In this document: in pieces, positions 57,701 through 60,280 of the stretch | Position numbering within the stretch: position 1 is the stretch's first letter | Layout: the number at the start of each line of letters is the position of its first letter | From: Candidatus Omnitrophota bacterium | Lineage (GTDB): Bacteria > Omnitrophota > Gorgyraeia > Zapsychrales > Zapsychraceae | DNA length: 60,280 bases | Direction: 5' to 3' | Assembly (NCBI GenBank): GCA_028280285.1 | Contig: JANQMA010000023.1 | Coordinates: 1 to 60,280 of the forward strand | The notes under the pieces: generated by a model | What the model was told of the DNA's origin: nothing | Seen by the model: only the letters and a program-made list of their open reading frames with translations | Databases searched by the model: none | Made by a program: the position numbers and the translations under genes

Positions 57701-59388
57701 GACATACCTAACACCGCGTCGTCTTTTTTGTCATTCCTTGACATTTCATCAAGCTCTTCTTCTGATATAAACGGATCGTCTTGTATTTCTCCCACCCCTT
57801 CTTTACCCAGCTGCTGTAAAACTTTATCATTTATCCATTTGTGTCGCCTTTTCAGCAATCTCAGTTTTTGAATAGCTTTTTGTTTTTGCTCACCACTCAA
57901 ATTTGGAATAGTCTCCTCCAAATTCTCCATTTCTTGTTCTATAGATTCTAACCTATCCACATTTTTGCTAACGGCCATAGCCAGCCTAACCCCTACATAA
58001 ATTATAAAAACCGCTATGACTATGCCAATCTCCGGTGGAAAAGAGTCTTGTTGAGCAAAATAGTTATTATCAAAAAGGTTCATCAAGATCATATATTTTC
58101 TAACTAACGCCGCCGCGTCGTCTGCAAACCCCTCCACATCTTCCTTATCTTCCTTGCCAATCAACATAGCAAAGTCATCCTGCCACCCTAATTGCTTTAA
58201 TTCTTTTGCTTCTTTTTTAGCCAACGCATCCATTGCCGCACTATCTTGATCCGCGATAACGCGTGCAGTAGCTTGATACCGATCACCTACCCCTGCAAAG
58301 GCTGCCATATCCGCATTGTCTGTTGGGGCAATGATGATGGCCGTATCATGAAAACCACCGGAGAAATATTTGCGTGGAATGATGGTTTGGCTTATTGCGT
58401 CGTAGTCTTCTTTAATAAAAGAAAACACGCCCTTCTCATAGGCCTGCATGTAGCGGTTGTAGATTTCGTTGGTTATTTTTTCATCGCCGGTTTCGATCCC
58501 ATCGACTTTGTTTTGATCAGCATAGACTTTGGATAAAAGACTGTTTTTGATATTTTGTTTGTACCATTTGGCGAGGATCAGGGAATGATAGATCTGGCGC
58601 AGTGGTGCGAAATTCTTACCTTGATTTATTTCACGTTCGATTTCGGGAAGGATGAGCTCGCGGATGACTGCAGCGTGTAGCGGTAAGCGTTTAGCGTTTA
58701 GATTACTACTTTCTTTATTCTGATCACTGCTATCCGCTATACGCTCTTCGCTATACGCTAAATAATCTTCTTCCAACATAACTTTCATCCTGGAGTTCAC
58801 TACATACACTGTCCTGTCATACTCATACACACTCGCACTTTCCGGTAAGATCCATACTTTATTAAATAAATCGGTCGGAACTTCATTGATACCGTACTTT
58901 TCGCGGGCCAACCTTTGCACGCGCTTCCAAAACTTCTTACCCAGTTCATCTTCCGGATACATCATGCTGGCGGTTAGTTGTTTTAATATATAATCCTGCG
59001 CAAGCAAGTCACGTCCAAGCGCCGTCTTACCTAATTCATCGGGAATAATGCGATCCTTTTCATACGGAGACAAGTTCACCCACAAATCATCTTGCGGAAC
59101 TGTCATGGCGGCCAAAAAGTACTTTACAAGCTTTTCGGTCTCTTTCTTAACCTCATCAGCATCAAGGGCAGAATTGCCACTATCAATAATAAAATCAAAT
59201 TGGAAAGGATTATCGGGGTGGATAGTCATCCCCTTCAAAAGCACCGGCACATAGGCAGGGCTTTGCAGAACCATAGCCCCCGGAACCGGCAGATTAAGCG
59301 CATTGATTGATTGCGCGTAACTTGGTGGAATTATAGAAGTAGTTGTAAAACAGATAATAATGATACAAGAAATGATTCGGTTAATCAT
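48769..59388 (-). CDS. Giant modular envelope protein (3,539 aa), paralog of the 2,089-aa ORF; function unknown
   Basis: Uninterrupted 10.6-kb ORF. Sec-type signal MINRIISCIIIICFTTTSIIPPSYA. N-terminal domain and C-terminal tail (GGIDMN...GFTPVIINFVPLPSVLPLLGLA) are shared with the other giant ORF. 13 D-x-A-[AV]-[ML] junctions plus one GDKAML variant. At least 7 internal hydrophobic helices. Internal Sec-like signal at aa 1599-1628. 2H-phosphoesterase-like HxTx pair (H2743, H2849). DUF218-like segment (aa ~1327-1467). Confidence 0.9.
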   Translation of the reverse strand: MINRIISCIIIICFTTTSIIPPSYAQSINALNLPVPGAMVLQSPAYVPVLLKGMTIHPDNPFQFDFIIDSGNSALDADEVKKETEKLVKYFLAAMTVPQDDLWVNLSPYEKDRIIPDELGKTALGRDLLAQDYILKQLTASMMYPEDELGKKFWKRVQRLAREKYGINEVPTDLFNKVWILPESASVYEYDRTVYVVNSRMKVMLEEDYLAYSEERIADSSDQNKESSNLNAKRLPLHAAVIRELILPEIEREINQGKNFAPLRQIYHSLILAKWYKQNIKNSLLSKVYADQNKVDGIETGDEKITNEIYNRYMQAYEKGVFSFIKEDYDAISQTIIPRKYFSGGFHDTAIIIAPTDNADMAAFAGVGDRYQATARVIADQDSAAMDALAKKEAKELKQLGWQDDFAMLIGKEDKEDVEGFADDAAALVRKYMILMNLFDNNYFAQQDSFPPEIGIVIAVFIIYVGVRLAMAVSKNVDRLESIEQEMENLEETIPNLSGEQKQKAIQKLRLLKRRHKWINDKVLQQLGKEGVGEIQDDPFISEEELDEMSRNDKKDDAVLGMSVDTGETIVGLSGIDLANLDDEEYEIMEIESDHYPEWADVVNGPYNKGGDMQPDYYQIKVKKDNKDDAVLKEGGSQNTDAAAMAEDVDADSAFLINIFLIFIESVINSLRYESTRSRINELITFVGQEEMRLKREFQEGFKKGNIEYSNALYELTQEVNSDLGKLYDYLIYPDKLKKPATLDEVNLLEEKYYGNVSSKGNEENGKDDAAMTLIEAERSIKNAHKYSIQEVSAEMDQIFFPKKLSWVTKALIGVGAVAAVVASIFYAPILLIPEGLILFWYGGKAFLNHNAIFVLEEETITKMIDKNVDKKKIDTKIFQELYKYGDPDILGGHQVPGFLFKYLERNLAKRDPEFYAKVKYVYDYFKKGGRGEENWIVAERLQTMIKRFAYFYDRSNLQELWKKISQDKNVITYKNRLTSEVVSYNKNQVPENILNERVYDEKVRLVLQGVLLTEIVEYASAADPYVHWNIKSVKEEMLSEPELVDFVSVSRPKIIVSRFIARGELKQAYDEYSSVALLDLAEQRITGQSIEERYEQVRQLPRPERKKIRNYFHIGVVREKPMDVEELHQFERNRNILAQADNSLADRLEAYENIINTEYANFFAQQEAAFIEEAFQFFNWEKIPNDDPLYAVYKHRKTNEVRTFLFTNIPPEIVEPTIDPDKPLNKAAQETDEGTLGKGKDYIVATVQMKALVNNESLNNRKAMAEIVLGSMKNPDLVESLYTDLVNDESRDSRQQKGDHILHVLDVATKEDSLIRKLVHNDVNERELATAGVDILMIPGNSDINALTKIMHLYQQGIGNKILISGKKGRATADLRKMAEVTDETVSEADLIRILMIKMAEEEGSQFANIAKDLKNDDIVLIEPDALYTVQNFTKSIDLMKDGGLFTYGQEQTILYMHTPLQQLRTKGQFNSVIAKYISEGLLEEGQIKPVSYTVDYQREETTLYDIVGETFRLIANYASGDWTVEGDLKILSAQNWKDAIALHKELTSDEKNELSEEMGGLLNAVKLTQKELFSRISQENPLIGVFVKKVIEGDKAMLFKSKVLPMLTVSLMTVCLAGVCTAGAQTSFNVDSIRNFVPDKVKMPTQWDGVKEVNVTKTTADFIVLGIRTSIPGASVEWYDNNLYVFLENNGTEKMSITNVDAYLQWDDTDVGLKAEVGFIEEGKDTNKPKTTLRSGETKGLIVKLPELLKNLANRPSQIALKIERKRSSANATSAIRQKRPLNIHDRDEEPYYIIFSGLNDPSKNVPTGDNEPYILKKDRATLQETDAATIVVFLKTAIKILENPNEHSEQEILDAIRKIGWEIARQDYDGSYNKYVLPFLGYSNKKIHEQVAKLFLSYPSEFTAEDLVIANMAAAKNGHHPYPWQPMSTLGELGYWRAVRTLKNNLAHADKYVSSEAKRALEQFGFMQDEIKAADFLTEKAMNAKKTGDEQYLNDLWDELQELTAEDKMFTADELTGEMERYNEDSLPHTAIKDAVDFVGEMYLSGDYRGLEYLKNTVMNRVAKEYEYFSSTMTGSNMGGTRGVRPDGWYAEQTPQYELLSEAIKKFELGDLLKWDRITSREARQAIQDKLKPHAYDAVTNNNIQKVIDIIGDEIYRAHEKFDVIYHEAIFDETGYAEAMAWYEIGEIDASGPPASLPEEPKKEDFTTSVRVEVIKKDDAVLGMSVDTAETIKTVAFLVITLGLALGAPLLGGYLKFRENKVIKGFEEDWLALFNSTGILDWQEKRENAYYNIVNSKSKDRRHQIKAKLVKEQFDFLKGELERINETLDTRYYDKMSDEQITENIFSLLPSAILLAQNSEKFSLKYTMYDYPGFNTPNVSIDEWARAGYLLRTYEPLKDLNLTVQYEIYKKQILKKADEKIVDEMWNRGGVSVYVHPPVLDQIKRYMELGENADIELKHIRSLISESANLYETTERSGYVKLAIDIVDKRTQGDNKDVTDRVFRVDSAVLGQKADVDDFATMSSADFFTVLGVAMVVVGSFGILLGYFTKKDDGDNAVLKEAAKGPADDAAVLDELREEVQRIYGQSAIINNTQIEVTIPEIKLDQVVALLDSKGIELQEDPTQVGNTFGYRIRIFASDTNDLEQAAKVLIGAGRKAAFNEFSNLRNERIELTEQDVIPARAKLDPDSLEFKEFRGNTVIVRFDDRTQSQLVDVKRAIEQDINEAGLRDKLAFVDEDSFHMTFKDLVNPDDLARIKERNIEYQGKPQQDVEKIVVQKVKTAFEQLHDTKAFDNLNFQITELGSFAPFLLLALVEPQNRETVKGIDVIRTVISKRTDIHAQFPFVGHITFAYIANPMTEQEYAPYKGIVNKHMNGLNIGFDINLQRDLELATFETMDRYDTVFTPQSVSTSDTKRTTDSFLEKMPDFDHFYQLEDGRGDNRAEISSFVNRFVKGDLFQERNRYKAFYAESEAEQIYVLDMQKSLLEEKAKVLDKLKLLNDYLGEFRYDQRERLIEKLSEVNIVQDIFEEVSSQAWKEDGNKREIILYDEVRKFARKLSARLHVLNLKEQWNEKNRNVSRKDIDRAVEEFLDLDVLPLYFSQEQIEYVGDNMFYAMFGETKQQLVQERDRFLEELLVVHKYRYALDADQARRLNIVLEKISAVDDITAGRVNFKDRGSSDTVVDYLDLRVKAREILYVLNNTDAAVLGMSDDTFQTVLLTTFVGILFVSTFGVYLLQDYLNYRNKHSKDSFQNSWQKMMIRDRLAITTWKQKRKEAYLEVIRTKSPEKEDQALARLAKQQHDILKEKLEKINASLNTKDYDRLNEEKIEEYIFSLLPYAIVLARNGESFSLGYRMHEYPSFHTPNVYMEEVIHAGALLNQYRTSLDAGVLDTSVDTGETMVDLAGIDLASLDDEEYEIIEIESDHYPEGVEVVNGPYNKGGDTQPDYYQIKVKKDGKDDAVMTDVGGIDMNDIEVERQGSGVTIDFDPAALEDFGNVRGFTPVIINFVPLPSVLPLLGLAPRQEEEEYELSAIEPAMI
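49000..49218. repeat. Intragenic direct repeat R2 (~216 nt), copy near the 3' end of the giant gene
   Basis: Encodes VLDTSVDTGETMVDLAGIDLASLDDEEYEIIEIESDHYPEGVEVVNGPYNKGGDTQPDYYQIKVKKDGKDDAVM. About 90% nucleotide identity by eye to 57493-57711. Confidence 0.9.
57493..57711. repeat. Intragenic direct repeat R1 (~216 nt), copy near the 5' end of the giant gene
   Basis: Encodes VLGMSVDTGETIVGLSGIDLANLDDEEYEIMEIESDHYPEWADVVNGPYNKGGDMQPDYYQIKVKKDNKDDAVL. Confidence 0.9.
58673..58758. repeat. In-frame palindromic heptamer element, (GCGNNTA)x4 ... (TNNNCGC)x4
   Basis: gcgtgta gcggtaa gcgttta gcgttta ... tatccgc tatacgc tcttcgc tatacgc. Encodes YSEERIADSSDQ...SSNLNAKR. Confidence 0.7.
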
Positions 59389-59439
59389 AAATCCCCCGGT
59401 TTCGGTTATCGGTGTCGATATTAAATATAAATCTATTTA

Positions 59440-59955
59440 TTATTCCCATATGGGATTTGTTCGAATATACCATCGAACATATTGTAATTCCTGTTTATTT
59501 CTAATAACACGATCATGATAGGAACGTTGCCATAATTTAAAATTTGATTCATCATATTTACCCGTAGGGGCCGACCAACGCGTCGGCCCTAAATTCATCG
59601 GACGATTCGCCTTAATAAATTCATTGGTGGTCATGGTTTTAAACCATTGAATTATTTTTGGTATTGATATTTTCGGGCGGACACATTGGTCCGCCCCTAC
59701 ATTATATTTTATTTTAATAATTCCATGTAAATGATCCGGCATAATTATATATTCATCCAATTCACACAATGAAAATTTACAGGATAATGACCGCCACCAA
59801 AAATCGACCATTTGACCACATAAATCAAGACACATCGTTTCTTCACAAATATCACCAAATAATTTCTGCCTTTTAAACGAACATATTGTCACAAAATAAT
59901 ACCCTGTATTCGTATAATCAAATTCTTTCCATCGTAATTTTTTCCTAACAAACAT
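59440..59955 (-). CDS. IS200/RAYT-like Y1 (HUH) transposase
   Basis: YYFVTICSFKRQKLFG, HUH motif MPDHLHGIIKI, catalytic Tyr region LWQRSYHDRVIRNKQEL. AGGGGA RBS before ATG 59955. The track's longer N-terminus (MRLTVSMHVTVSM) is a translated tandem repeat. Confidence 0.8.
   Translation of the reverse strand: MFVRKKLRWKEFDYTNTGYYFVTICSFKRQKLFGDICEETMCLDLCGQMVDFWWRSLSCKFSLCELDEYIIMPDHLHGIIKIKYNVGADQCVRPKISIPKIIQWFKTMTTNEFIKANRPMNLGPTRWSAPTGKYDESNFKLWQRSYHDRVIRNKQELQYVRWYIRTNPIWE
59564..59592. repeat. GTAG-type REP embedded in frame in the RAYT CDS
   Basis: GTAGGGGCCGACcaacgcGTCGGCCCTAA. Encodes ...LGPTRWSAPT... Confidence 0.7.
59673..59700. repeat. GTAG-type REP, inverted copy, embedded in frame in the RAYT CDS
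   Basis: ttcGGGCGGACacattgGTCCGCCCCTAC, whose reverse complement is GTAGGGGCGGAC...GTCCGCCC. Encodes ...VGADQCVRP... Confidence 0.7.
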
Positions 59956-59968
59956 ATGTTCCCCTAAC

Positions 59969-60052
59969 ATCGACACCGTAACGTGCATCGATACCGTTAG
60001 ACGCATCCGATACGGGTATCGAAACCGTTAAACGTCACCGTAAAATGGGGGG
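59969..60052. repeat. Degenerate ~18-nt tandem repeat (ATCGAYACCGTWARACGYC, 3-4 units) upstream of the RAYT gene
   Basis: atcgacaccgtaacgtgc / atcgataccgttagacgc / atccgatacgggt / atcgaaaccgttaaacgtc / accgtaaaatgggggg. Confidence 0.7.
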
Positions 60053-60280
60053 TTTAGGACTCCTCAAGACGCCGTGGCTACGCCCATGAATCGGAAGAGA
60101 TTGCCCTTATATTAAGAGTATAAGTATGTAATATAAATATAGATATATCAATAGGACTTAGTAGGACAAAGGCAGACACTGTGAAATGGACCCCATTATT
60201 GGACAATTAGCAGATTTAGATAGGACACTAGTACAGCTGAAATAAAGTGCTAGTATAGACCAATAGGGAGATATCATGAA

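Larger units (their letters stand above)
59389..60058. mobile_element. Putative IS200/RAYT-type unit bounded by imperfect inverted sequences
   Basis: Left end: cccccggtttcggttatcggtgtcgat (59393-59419). Right end: atcgacaccgtaacg...atcgaaaccgttaaacgtcaccgtaaaatgggggg (59969-60052). Shared inverted ACGGTGTCGAT-type core and terminal C5/G6 runs. Confidence 0.4.

Noticed and set aside
59969-60100. tRNA or other small RNA gene in the repeats and flank right of the transposase, and in other spacers
   Set aside because: I could find no cloverleaf-compatible arms and no GTTCGAAT-type T-loop. The repeats are better explained as transposase-end sequences.
60263-60280. Possible plus-strand gene start at the right edge (gggagatatcATGaa)
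   Set aside because: Only two codons are visible, so this cannot be supported.

Overview
AT-rich bacterial chromosomal window in which every convincing gene lies on the minus strand. No rRNA, tRNA, CRISPR array or phage block was recognised. In transcription order (right to left): an IS200/RAYT-like Y1 transposase; a 3,539-aa ORF; a complete type IVa-pilus-like cluster (pilB, pilC, pilin, pilM-N fusion, pilO, pilP, pilQ, an intrinsic terminator, then three pseudopilin/PilX-like genes, one of 709 aa); an AddA/AddB-like helicase-nuclease pair; a MotA/ExbB-like protein paired with a TM-Asp coiled-coil protein; SelO-like, histidine phosphatase, yggS, proC, mtnP, ileS, dksA-like, lspA, rluD, a coiled-coil protein and aroA; an accessory island (higBA, a 2,089-aa ORF, hicAB-DUF2442, an orphan gene-tail fragment, vapBC); the mreBCD-mrdA-rodA operon; a stand-alone MshEN-domain protein; and a second PilB/GspE ATPase that runs off the left edge and is absent from the ORF track. 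The main finding is the pair of giant ORFs. They are paralogous only at their ends: a ~350-aa N-terminal domain I cannot name and a ~45-aa C-terminal tail. Their unrelated interiors are divided by about 20 copies of a short junction motif, D-x-A-[AV]-[ML]. In the smaller gene this motif sits on a 21-27-nt block that is identical at the nucleotide level. About half of the junctions are followed by a hydrophobic helix, and three of these are Met-initiated Tat- or Sec-type signal peptides. A displaced copy of the C-terminal tail lies 0.8 kb downstream, beyond a toxin-antitoxin cassette. I interpret this as an undescribed family of modular, possibly polyprotein-like or recombination-shuffled envelope proteins, one of them sitting next to the pilus machine. 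This is inference, not demonstrated. Second theme: intergenic spacers, and three in-frame sites in the giant genes, carry long hairpins whose arms are 7-nt tandem repeats. Two REP-like families are also present, and one has the GTAG signature expected for the RAYT. The taxon cannot be assigned by eye.
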